DNA of 64,000 bases from a bacterium (lineage in GTDB: Bacteria > SM23-31), in assembly GCA_965249485.1 (NCBI GenBank), contig OZ252239.1, positions 1,344,001-1,408,000 of the forward strand, given 5' to 3'. A program made the translations under genes and the position numbers. Of the stretch, positions 39,684 to 50,200 are shown in pieces. Every line of letters starts with the position of its first letter. Position 1 is the first letter of the stretch. Under the pieces are notes generated by a model. It did no database searches and had not been told where the DNA came from. It worked only from the letters and a program-made list of their open reading frames with translations.

Positions 39684-41063
39684 ATGCGTAAGTTAATGTT
39701 AATATGTTTTTTTCTATTATTAATTTGCAAGCCATCGCTTTCCCAAGAGGAGCTTACAAGCGAAGAAGGAAAATGGATAAATAAAGCAGATACCTATGAT
39801 CAGGATGGATGGACTTATCTTTATGTCGCAGGAGAACCATTTGAACGAGGGTTTCAGAATGGATACTTATTAGCTAAAGATGTAGACGAAACCATAGAAA
39901 TTATATCGTATTATTTAGAAAAAACGACCGATAAGAAATGGGATTATTATCGAGAAGCAGCTCAAGATATGTTTTGGCTAGTGATGGATGAAGAATATAA
40001 AGATGAAATTAATGGTATCGTTGCAGGATTGCAAAAAGCGGGTGTGACAAAATATGACAATATTGATATCACTGCTTATAATGGGTGGATTGAAATTGCC
40101 TGGTATTATTTACCTCATACACAAGCACATGGCTCTTGCAGCGCTTTTATTGCAACAGGAAATGCTACTTTTGATGGCAGAATAGTTGTTGCACATAACT
40201 TGTGGTATGAATACATGTTTTGTCGTAAATGGAATATTATTCTGGATGTGAAACCCAATAATGGGCACCGATTTATTACACAAGCTTTTCCTGGCTGGAT
40301 TTTTGGAGGAACTGATTTTTGGATCAACAGTGCAGGATTGGTCGTAGTAGAAACAACCATGAGTGGATTTGGAGGATTTGAACCCAAAGGAATTCCGGAA
40401 TTTCAACGAATCAGAAAAGCCCTTCAATATGCAAATTCAATAGATACCTTTGTCGATATTATGATGAAGGGGAACAATGGAGGATATGCAAATGACTGGT
40501 TGATTGGTGATACAAAAACTGGTGAAATTGCACGCCTTGAGTTAGCACTTGATAATCCAAAAGTTCGAACAGAAGAAGCTACTGGCATGGATTATAATGA
40601 AATGACCTCTTCCCCGAATGGTCGCTGGGCGAGATAGCAACAACTTATGCGTGAAAATTATGGAAAAATTGATAAAACATTGGCCAAACAATTTCTAAAC
40701 GATCATTATGATACTTTCGAAGAAGCTTACAATCCGAGCAGTCGAACATTATGTGGACATGTTGAATACGATCCTTATGGTCTGCCAGAATGGGGCTGGA
40801 AAGCGTACTACCCTGGTGGTACTATAGATGCAAAAGTTACTGATTCTGAGTGGATCTCTCAAATGAAATTTGATGCCAAATTTGGGCACTCTTGTGACAT
40901 TCCATTTCTTGTTGAACCATTTCTTAAGTCACACACTGAATATAAATGGCAGGAGCCCTATCTTAAAGATTTTCCATCTTATTCCTGGACTATTTTTAAT
41001 GCGAAAGATTATAGTTCAATGATCAATATGAATCACATGAAATATATGAAGCCTAAAAAATGA
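39684..41063 (+). pseudogene. Secreted Ntn-hydrolase (C45 / phospholipase B-like) with an in-frame TAG at 40635-40637
   Basis: GEPFERGFQNG, CSAFIATG nucleophile, GGYANDW. RWAR*QQLMREN continues in frame into ORF 40647-41063. Confidence 0.82.
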
Positions 41064-41136
41064 TTATTATGAATTGTTGGTCATCAATATAAAAAGAATA
41101 TTAAATATATTGCTTAATTCAAATTTGTAGATAATT

Positions 41137-41175
41137 AAAGGTTCGCAAATCGTACAGCCCGAGTAAGTAGAAAAT
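41137..41175 (+). repeat. Intergenic repeat: arm C + core + arm B
   Basis: aaaggttcgcaaatcgtacagcccgagtaagtagaaaat. Confidence 0.85.
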
Positions 41176-41411
41176 AAACATTTCAGATACTCTTAGAATA
41201 AGTGTTACGCAATAATTTCTATACTCTACTATCTACTTAGTATACTCATTCCAAGAGTTAAACTTCATTATTCATACCCAACAAAGCAGGTATGGGTCAA
41301 ATGTTTCTACCTTAGTTGAGGTGTTATTTCATGTAAAAACCGCGTAAAATGAACAATTACTGAGATATGATGTATATACACATAGTTGGATGACTCTATT
41401 GTGATATTTCA

Positions 41412-41522
41412 CGAACGTACCATTTCATTCCGGGAAACATACATCACGTTGATAACCATTGGTGAACATATCTGGAAAATCTTTTAAATATAGACTCTTT
41501 TCCCTGATAAGTAATCGATACA
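41412..41522 (+). repeat. Intergenic repeat: arm A, diverged (copy A3)
   Basis: cgaacgtaccatttcattccggga...atatagact...tgataagtaatcgataca. Confidence 0.8.
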
Positions 41523-41545
41523 TCGATGTATGAAAAGTCGAAGGT

Positions 41546-44302
41546 TCAATAATATTTTGTAAACCAATTATCTTTAAGTATTACTGCCTTACGAGTCAAT
41601 ACCCGGCTGTTAACCGAAAGTTTAACGGTATATTCACCTGGTGGCTGCTGTATGCCGATATGATCGGGGCTGTCGGGATCAAATGGAACATTTTGATAGT
41701 TAGGAGGATCAAATTCAACATCGTGATAAGAGACTTCCTGAAATTTCGTAAAGGGTTGGTCTAAGAAGTCAGCATATATTAGCTTCCATCGTTCTTTTTC
41801 TTCTTCTGTCCGCTCCCGTCGAGCATCCATTCGCCACTCGACGCTGTTAAGCCCTGCAGAACCTGACCCATGTAGTTCGTTTATCATTCGTTCTCCCTTG
41901 TATACACGAACTATTACATCAGAATTAACGCTGTTTTTCAGGTAATAATTGATCATAAGCCCATAGGGCTCGTTCTCACCGGAGAAGTTCTGGGAACTCA
42001 CAACGTTTTCCCGGGGAATTACCCACTGAACTTTGGGTCCAATGTCAAAAAGGTGGACTTCCTGACCAAAAACCTCCGGTGTCAATTCCTGCAACGGGGA
42101 TATATCGGTTATGAAAAAACCTCGTCCGTATGTTCCCACCACGAGATCATTCTCGCGGGGATGAATGACGAGATCAAGTACCGGTTGGGTCGGCATGTTG
42201 TTTTTCAATTGTGTCCAGTTCCTACCGCCATTTATCGTTACATAGACTGCCTTATCATTCCCGAGAAACAACAGGTCGGGATTCTTATGGTCTTCCTGGA
42301 TCACATTAACCGATTCATTCGGCAGATTTGCGGATAGTGATACCCATGTTTCACCATAATCGGTCGTTTTATACACAAATGGCCGGTAATCATCCATTTC
42401 CCTACCCCGAAACGACACGTACGCAGCACCTGCATAATGGTGTGAGGCTTCAACTCTGCTTACCCAGTATCCGGGATAGCCGGGTATACGGTCATTGAGT
42501 TTTTTCCACGTTTTACCACCGTCGCGTGTCATTTGTACATTTCCGTCATCTGTACCTGCCCAGATTACCCCCGCAGAAACCGGTGATTCGTCGATTGAGG
42601 TAATAGTACCTCTTTCCCGTCGAATAGTGCTAATTTTATTTTCATCATAGTTTGACAGATCGGGACTTATTTCTTCCCAGGATTCACCACGGTTGGGAGA
42701 TTTGAGAAGAACATTAGATCCATGATAAATAGCATTAGGATTGTGAGGAGAGATCATGATCGGGGTATTGAAATTGAACCGCAAGTCGGGATTTTTCCTG
42801 TATTTGATATATTTCCGTCTTCCGGTTTTCTGATCGATGCGCTCAAGTTGGCCATTTTGTGCTTCATTATACATCCAACGGGTGTTTGAAGGATCCACCT
42901 GCACGTGCGATCCGTCTCCGGTTCCCCAATACTGCCAGTCTTCCAACCGGATGGGGTACTTCCCTTTCTTGGTGCTCGGCCCCCTGAAATTACCGTTGTC
43001 CTGCGTACCTCCATACACATTATAAGGATAATCCATATCGACGGCTATTGCATAAAACTGGGCAAGAGGCATTTCATCCGGGTGGTACCAGTTTTCTCCG
43101 GCATCATACGTTATACCCATACCGTGATCGGTACCGAGTAACATGTGGCTTGAATTCTCAGGATCGATCCACATCGCATGGTGGTCATCATAAAAATCAA
43201 CCCGTGCCCTTCTTTTTTCGTCTCGTTCACGGTACGGGGTATCCCATGTTTTACCGGCATCCTTTGTTTCATACATATTGACACTCAAAACATAGATATG
43301 GTTTTCATCATTGGGGTCGACTCTGATCTGACCAAAGCTGGAACCGCCTCGCAATCCATATCCCCTCGGTTGTCCCAGTCTGTTCCACGTTCTCCCTGCA
43401 TTGTCGGTACGGTATACCCTGTTCTGTGAATCTCCACCGGATGGTTCAGGCACATAAATTACGGCATAGAGAATGTCAGGATTACTCAAATAAATATCGA
43501 GACCTATCCTACCCATTCCTCCTTCGGGAAGACCGTCGGTGAGTTTCATCCATGAGTTTCCGCCATTTACCGTTTTATAGATACCGCTACCGTCTCCGCT
43601 GATTCCCATAGTATTCCTCCCACCGGCCGGACGGTCATGACTTGCGGCATAGAGTACTTCAGGATCCCGGGGGTCCATGATAAGGTCGACCACTCCGATA
43701 TCTCTCCCGTCATCTGTAACCGCAAGTGATTTTTCCCAGGTCTTACCCCCATCGGTCGTTTTATATACGCCTCGTTCATAATTTTGTGAGTTAAATCGAC
43801 CCATTGCTGCCACATAGAGAATATCCGGATTATCAGGATGAATCCTGATTCTGCCAATCCGGTGTGATTTCTTTAATCCCATGTTTGTCCAGGTGTTTCC
43901 ACCGTCGGTCGATTTATACACACCGTCACCCCAATAATCTCTCTCGAATGTCGCTTCCCCGGTACCGACCCACACGACATTTGGCTTTGAGGGAGCAACG
44001 GCAACATCTCCGATGGCAATCGAATTTTCATGATCAAATATTGGTCTGTACGTAATCCCATTATTGTCCGTTTTCCAGAGTCCTCCTGAAGCTGTTGCCA
44101 CGTAAAACGTGTAGGGTTGCAATACAGGTAGTGCAAAATCAGTGATCCTGCCGCTCTGCCTGGTAGGACCGATCGAACGGTAATGAAATGTTTCAATAAT
44201 ATTTTCCGGGATTGGCTGACTGTACGTCGTCTGAACAATAAAAAGAGACGTAAACATGGTTATAAGAAAAAAACAGGCATACGTGGTATTATTTTTCATC
44301 AC
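41546..44302 (-). CDS. Secreted VPS10/BNR (Asp-box) beta-propeller protein, glycosyl-hydrolase-like
   Basis: RSIGPTRQSGRI, repeated S/TxDGGxTW Asp-boxes, YGGTQDNG, GTYGRG. Confidence 0.9.
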   Translation of the reverse strand: MMKNNTTYACFFLITMFTSLFIVQTTYSQPIPENIIETFHYRSIGPTRQSGRITDFALPVLQPYTFYVATASGGLWKTDNNGITYRPIFDHENSIAIGDVAVAPSKPNVVWVGTGEATFERDYWGDGVYKSTDGGNTWTNMGLKKSHRIGRIRIHPDNPDILYVAAMGRFNSQNYERGVYKTTDGGKTWEKSLAVTDDGRDIGVVDLIMDPRDPEVLYAASHDRPAGGRNTMGISGDGSGIYKTVNGGNSWMKLTDGLPEGGMGRIGLDIYLSNPDILYAVIYVPEPSGGDSQNRVYRTDNAGRTWNRLGQPRGYGLRGGSSFGQIRVDPNDENHIYVLSVNMYETKDAGKTWDTPYRERDEKRRARVDFYDDHHAMWIDPENSSHMLLGTDHGMGITYDAGENWYHPDEMPLAQFYAIAVDMDYPYNVYGGTQDNGNFRGPSTKKGKYPIRLEDWQYWGTGDGSHVQVDPSNTRWMYNEAQNGQLERIDQKTGRRKYIKYRKNPDLRFNFNTPIMISPHNPNAIYHGSNVLLKSPNRGESWEEISPDLSNYDENKISTIRRERGTITSIDESPVSAGVIWAGTDDGNVQMTRDGGKTWKKLNDRIPGYPGYWVSRVEASHHYAGAAYVSFRGREMDDYRPFVYKTTDYGETWVSLSANLPNESVNVIQEDHKNPDLLFLGNDKAVYVTINGGRNWTQLKNNMPTQPVLDLVIHPRENDLVVGTYGRGFFITDISPLQELTPEVFGQEVHLFDIGPKVQWVIPRENVVSSQNFSGENEPYGLMINYYLKNSVNSDVIVRVYKGERMINELHGSGSAGLNSVEWRMDARRERTEEEKERWKLIYADFLDQPFTKFQEVSYHDVEFDPPNYQNVPFDPDSPDHIGIQQPPGEYTVKLSVNSRVLTRKAVILKDNWFTKYY

Positions 44303-44390
44303 TTTTCCTCGTTTATTAAATAAGTATTATGTAGTAAAGTAAAACCATAATTGAAATATTACAAAGTTATTTTGATGAAAATCAGATTTA

Positions 44391-44450
44391 ACGATATACC
44401 ATTTCATTGTAGAAAGAATACAACACATTTATAATCCTCTGGGATAGACA
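44391..44450 (+). repeat. Intergenic repeat: truncated arm A (copy A4)
   Basis: acgatataccatttcattg...atttataatcctc. Confidence 0.6.
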
Positions 44451-44578
44451 CAGGTTGAATGTGGGTTTGGATAACCTTTTTTCAGGACAAATGTCTTCGC
44501 ACAATGCACAACATTATTTAATTAAAAAATACTCATAATCCAAGAAAATACTGATTTTCAAGGTGGAATATATGATTG

Positions 44579-44599
44579 GGGAGCAGAAAATCCTTGTAA
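44579..44599 (+). repeat. Intergenic repeat: isolated arm B
   Basis: gggagcagaaaatccttgtaa versus aggagcagaaaacacttgtaa at 36091-36111. Confidence 0.65.
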
Positions 44600-44653
44600 A
44601 AGTTCAATGATTCTCTTAATATTTATCATCATAAGCCAAAAGAGGAGCACGTC

Positions 44654-46162
44654 ATGATATCTCGGGTAATGGTACTTTGTATTGCTGTGCTGTTCACACT
44701 ACCGTGTGCTAATGTTCAGGCTCAGGAAGAGGACGATCTGAAGGAAATGAAAAATCAGATTCGTCGGGATAAGTTTGACCTTATCCTACCGCAGGTAATG
44801 AAGGATAACAATATCGACATGTGGATTCATATCATCAGAGAAGCGATTTCTGATCCCTTTGGTGCGGAAGACCTGGGGAGTGCGTCTGGTGTTTTCATCT
44901 TTACCGATCGTGGCGGTGACAGGATCGAACGGGCAATTCTCGGTCGCCGATTTGTAGATTTGGGTTCGAGCAATGAGGAGACGAGACGTCTGAGTAAGAC
45001 GACAGTGATGAGCGGAGGAATCGCGGAGATCTCGACCGTCTTTTCGGCGGAATTGGTTGAAGAAAGTGGAGCCTACGACATAATCGGCGAAGCAACTGAA
45101 CGGAAGGAATATCCGGGAGGCGCGCTAACGGAACTTGATCACCGGTTTAAAGGCATTGGAGAATTTGTTGCCGAACGTGATCCCAAACGCATTGGTGTAA
45201 ATTTCCTGGAAAAGCATGGATCACACGTGGGTGACATCTCAGAAGACGGCATTTCGCATACAGACTACATCCTGTTGGCAAAAGCTCTTGGTGATAAATA
45301 TGCAAAGAGGCTGGTCTCGTCTGAATATCTGTTACATGATTACATATCGAGGCCAGTGAAAAGCGAATTCGCACTCTATAAGAGAATGCGAAAATATATC
45401 GCAGAGACTCATGAGAGAGATTGGGCTAAAATCGTGCCGGGTGTAACCAAATTCCCCAGTCTTGAAGGTGCTCATTATATCGTTGATAAGGACGGAAAGA
45501 GAACTGGTTGGGCTGCACCGTTGGATCCGGAACGGTCCGCCGCGGCTGAAAGAAGCGATGACTATGTGATCCGGAGAGGCGACCTGATTCATCTAAGGCT
45601 TGGATATCATAGTAGTTATCATGGCGCCTCCGGTTTGGAATTGAAATTCGGGAACTACTATGAGCACATAGATGAAATCGGCTATGTGCTTCGTGAAGGA
45701 GAGACGGGACCGCCTCCAGAGATCAATAAAGCCTGGGCAGATGTAATGAAAATCCATGATATTTTAGAAGATAACATCAAGGTGGGTCGTACCGGTACGG
45801 AAATATATGAAACCTCCAGGCGGGAACTTGATGAAGCCGGGTTTATTGTTAACGACAGCGGAGAATATTCCAAAGATGTGGATCCTGATAAAACCCAGGT
45901 TAATATCGACGCACATGCCGCATCACAGGAAATGTCAACGTTTCCTGCCCCCAGGATCGGTTCGTATGGTCCGGATTGGCACCATGATATGAAAATCCCG
46001 CTCAATCACCACTTCTTTTTTGAATACTCCGTCTATATTCCGATGCCCGACTGGGGTGAAGGAAAATATTTAATGATACAAATGCATGACGGTGCGGTTG
46101 TCACCGAACGAGGAGTCGAGTATGTAACTCCTCCGCTCAGGGAAATTCGTCTTATTCAATAA
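44654..46162 (+). CDS. Secreted M24 (Xaa-Pro aminopeptidase-like) protein, divergent
   Basis: Signal peptide, ILPQVMKDNNIDMWI, ERDPKRIGVN, DGISHTD, GYVLREGET, KVGRTG, DGAVVTERGVE. Confidence 0.72.
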   Translation: MISRVMVLCIAVLFTLPCANVQAQEEDDLKEMKNQIRRDKFDLILPQVMKDNNIDMWIHIIREAISDPFGAEDLGSASGVFIFTDRGGDRIERAILGRRFVDLGSSNEETRRLSKTTVMSGGIAEISTVFSAELVEESGAYDIIGEATERKEYPGGALTELDHRFKGIGEFVAERDPKRIGVNFLEKHGSHVGDISEDGISHTDYILLAKALGDKYAKRLVSSEYLLHDYISRPVKSEFALYKRMRKYIAETHERDWAKIVPGVTKFPSLEGAHYIVDKDGKRTGWAAPLDPERSAAAERSDDYVIRRGDLIHLRLGYHSSYHGASGLELKFGNYYEHIDEIGYVLREGETGPPPEINKAWADVMKIHDILEDNIKVGRTGTEIYETSRRELDEAGFIVNDSGEYSKDVDPDKTQVNIDAHAASQEMSTFPAPRIGSYGPDWHHDMKIPLNHHFFFEYSVYIPMPDWGEGKYLMIQMHDGAVVTERGVEYVTPPLREIRLIQ

Positions 46163-46257
46163 TGTCAGACTCTGCAGAAGGTTGCTTGTTCGATAGTGAA
46201 AATTTGTCCATATATTTCCCGGATCTATCTTCCGCTCCCAGTATAATATATAAGCAA

Positions 46258-46291
46258 AAAGGTTCGCGAATCCTACAGCCCGAGGAGTAAA
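46258..46291 (+). repeat. Intergenic repeat: arm C + core + arm B, overlapping the RBS of the next ORF
   Basis: aaaggttcgcgaatcctacagcccgaggagtaaa followed by cATG. Confidence 0.85.
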
Positions 46292-46292
46292 C

Positions 46293-46586
46293 ATGACCAA
46301 CAAAACAAATTCAAAGAAAAGCAATTCCGACAAAAAACTGGTGAAGAAGTATAAGGCCTTAATAACCCAGATCGATGGTTTATTTAAAGAACAGGCAGGT
46401 ATTATAAAAGATTTAAACACAAGCAGCAGTAACACTTTCAAGGAAAAGTCAGCCGCTTTTAAAAATCACCACGAGATAATTAATGAGAAAGTGCGTGAAT
46501 TAGAGGAAATGCAAAAGGAATTCTTAAAGAGGGGACTCGCAATCGAAGACAATATTTTAGAGATCATTAACAAAGAAACCAAATAA
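46293..46586 (+). CDS. Small Lys/Glu-rich coiled-coil hypothetical protein
   Basis: 97-aa ORF with GAGGAG RBS and helical heptad character. Confidence 0.6.
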   Translation: MTNKTNSKKSNSDKKLVKKYKALITQIDGLFKEQAGIIKDLNTSSSNTFKEKSAAFKNHHEIINEKVRELEEMQKEFLKRGLAIEDNILEIINKETK

Positions 46587-47201
46587 AATTACCAATTTCA
46601 GGAATCATGAACATTGTAGCCTCGGTTAAGTATAAGCGGGATCCTTATGTATGGTTAGTGATGTATGTGGTTGAGTTACATGATTGAAGGGGTATAAAAC
46701 TCTTTGTGGAAAATACATCCCTTACTATATTAATAATGGTACTCTCAATATTCTGACAACGTACTTCATATATCAAATTGTTATCTAATTTCGATAAAAT
46801 CCAATTATTCTAGTTCAATAGTTCAATAGTTTGATATTGGGGATATAAAATACAGATACCCGGTCAAACAAAAATTCATATTATGAGACAAGTGCAAATT
46901 TTCGTATATTGTTCATGACATCACTTCATACTGATTCCGGACTCCTCGAATAGAGGCCAACATTTCATGTAATTGCCCGCTGGAACAATTTTTCGGTGTA
47001 TAAATGATTCAAAAAAACAGATTTTTTTCTTGCAGTCAATGACCGGTTTTAACGGGCATCACAGCATATAAATAAAAATAGTTGAAATTTTATAACGTAT
47101 CGTACAGCTTTCAAAAGTATGAATCGCATAACGAAAAACAGTATTTACTGCGGACGATGAATGTTAGAACTGAATGGCAATCACACTATGTATAAGGAGA
47201 A

Positions 47202-50200
47202 ATGATAATGAAACGAATGCAATTTAATGGACTTATTTTCGTGACGTATATCATTGTGCTTCTCACTATAGCACAACCGGGCGATCTACCGGCGCAAAAT
47301 GAATCTGAACTTCTGGAATCGACTGCGAATAATCTTCATTTTCGAAATATCGGTCCTGCCATCATGGGGGGAAGGATCGATGATATTGCTGTTGTGGAGA
47401 GTGATCCCTATACGATATATATAGGGACCGCTGCCGGAGGTTTGTGGAAAACAGTCAATAACGGAGTAACCTGGCGGCCGATATTCGATGATCAGAAAAC
47501 GAGTTCAATCGGCGCTGTCTCAATAGCGCCTTCTAATCCAGAAATACTCTGGGTAGGGACTGGTGAAGCGAATAACCGGCAGAGTTCATCGTGGGGTAGT
47601 GGTGTGATGAAAAGTTATGACGGAGGAGCTACCTGGAAACATACAGGCCTGGAGGACACCCATCATATCGGCGGGATAGCCATTGATCATACTGATCCGG
47701 ATGTCGTTTTTATTGCTGCTGCCGGACACCTTTGGGGACCGAATGAAGACCGGGGGCTGTACAGAACGCTCAATGGCGGTGATTCGTGGGAAAAGGTTCT
47801 ATACATCGATGATGATACCGGCTGTATCGACGTTAAGATGGATCCATCGAACAATAAGATCATCTACGCGGCGATGTATCAGCGGAGAAGAAGAGGATGG
47901 GGATTTATTGGCGGTGGATCGGGGAGCGGTCTGTATAAATCGATAGACGGCGGATCAACATGGAAGCAATTAACCAATGGACTTCCGAATGGAGATACCG
48001 GCAGGATAGGCATCGATATTTACTTAAAGGATCCGAATGTAGTGTATACCACATATGAGAACAAAAACGGCGGCATTTTCAGATCTGAAGACAAAGGTGA
48101 ATCGTGGGTCAAAATGAGCGATACTAATCCGCGTCCGATGTATTACAGCACTATCAGAATAGATCCAAATAACGATCAGAGGATATGGGTACTCGGTGCA
48201 CGGATGTATACATCGATAGACGGAGGCAAGACATTCGTTACCGATGTTGTATCGAGGATACATGGGGATCATCAGGCACTCTGGATTGATCCGGCAAATT
48301 CCGATCACATGATTGTCGGATCGGATGGCGGTATTTATTTTTCATATGACAAAGGCATTGCTTGGGATTTCATCAATACACTGCCGCTGGCACAGTTTTA
48401 TGAGATTGGGTATGATATGCGAGAACCGTATAACGTATACGGGGGATTGCAGGATAATGGAAGCTGGCAGGGACCATCGGCAACGAAAAACCGTATCGGT
48501 ATCACCAACGATGATTGGTTCACTGTCGGGGGAGGTGATGGTTTTTACACGCAGGTTGAACTCACCGATCAGGAATTACTCTATCTCGAGAGCCAGAACG
48601 GTGAACTGATGTTCTTCAATCTGAATACAAAAGAAAGTAAATTCATTTATCCCGAACCCGGTGATGGTGAGGAATCGTACCGGTTCAACTGGAATTCTCC
48701 TATAGTGGTGTCGTCACACAATTCTGATATAATTTACTTTGGCGGTAATAGACTGTTCAGATCGGAAGATAAAGGAATCAACTGGACAAGAAGTAAAGAC
48801 CTCACTAAACAAAAGGACAGGAAAGAGCTGCCGTTCATGGGAATGCTTCCCGACGAGAATAGCCTTTCACTCAATGACGGGACTAATTCATATGGAGATA
48901 TCATAACGATTGCTGAATCACCGATGACACAGGGTGTGCTTTGGATAGGTACCGATGACGGAAATGTGCAGCTCACCCGTGATGACGGCGCGACATGGAC
49001 AGATATGACCGAAAAGTTTCCCGATTTACCGGATGATACATACGTCAGCAGAATCGCCGCATCCAACTTTGACGAATCACGTGCCTATGTAACGTTTGAC
49101 GGTCACCGAAACAACGATTTTAAGTCTTATGTCTACGTTACGGACAATTTTGGACGCGCCTGGCGTTCGATAAACAGCGGCTTACCTGAGGGCGGTACCG
49201 TTAATGTAATAAGAGAACATCACAGGAATCCTAACCTGTTGTTCATCGGTACGGAGCGTGAAGCATATTTTTCAATCAACCGGGGAAGCTCATGGACAAG
49301 ATTCAATAATATTCCGGTCGTTCCAGTTGATGATATTGCAATTCACCCCCGCGAGAATGACCTGATTCTCGGAACTCATGGAAGGAGTATCTACATTCTC
49401 GATGACATCACTTCACTTGAATTACTCACCGAGGATGTTCTGTCAAGAGAAATGTTTCTTTTTCCTGTTCGTGATGCGGAACGATTCCAATTTTACAACG
49501 GAAAACCTAGTCCCGGATTCAAGATATTCACCGGTGAAAATCCCGAATTTGGAGCGCTTATCACCTACTATTTAAATACTCACCTCGATACCGATGATGA
49601 AGTTCTCATCAACATCAATGATGATACCGGCTCAATTCGTACACTGAAAGGTTCGAAAGTGAAAGGTTTCAACAGGATTGCATGGGATTTACGCTCGGAA
49701 AGTCTCGATGACGATAGCCGGGCGCCCTTTGTCCTTCCTGGTGATTACACTATCGAATTATCAGTGAAAGGAATGAAGGAAACAGCAGCAGTCAGAGTAA
49801 AACTCGATCCTCGGATATCAGTCACGATGGCAGATTTGCGTGCACAGCGTTCAGCAGCGTTAAAGATTCACAAGTTGGAAGTCATTTCATCGTCGGCAGT
49901 GGAAAAAATTAAGGATCTTCAAAATCAGGTAACTGAGATATCCGAATCGGAAAAATCGCCGCAGGTTCCCGGTTCGGTGTCCGATGATATCCGGTTGTTA
50001 TCTGATAATCTTCAGAATCTCACTACTCAACTGAGAAGAGAAGGGCAGGAGAATAGTGATCGATCTATCTTGAGATTGATCGGAAATCTAGAAGAAAATA
50101 TTAACGGATATACTGCGGCTCCGACTTCGAGACGGTTAGAACAAATTAGATCATTAGAAATAAAAGTTGATTCGATTCTTGACAATCTGAACCGGATAAT

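Noticed and set aside
28584..40637. Amber recoding or pyrrolysine to explain two in-frame TAGs
   Set aside because: TAG terminates normal genes here (e.g. cupin 1820, hutH 34631, gnd 51944). The two sites imply different residues (likely Gln and Trp), and no pyl genes are seen.
46811..46831. TAGTTCAA short tandem repeat
   Set aside because: Only about 2.5 units in an AT-rich spacer, with no functional link visible.
35973..47110. CRISPR array interpretation of the intergenic repeats
   Set aside because: Copies are kilobases apart, separated by whole genes, variable in length, and there are no cas genes.
35973..47110. Classical integron attC array
   Set aside because: I could not find RYYYAAC...GTTRRRY palindromic attC structure, cargo orientation is mixed, and there is no intI in the window.
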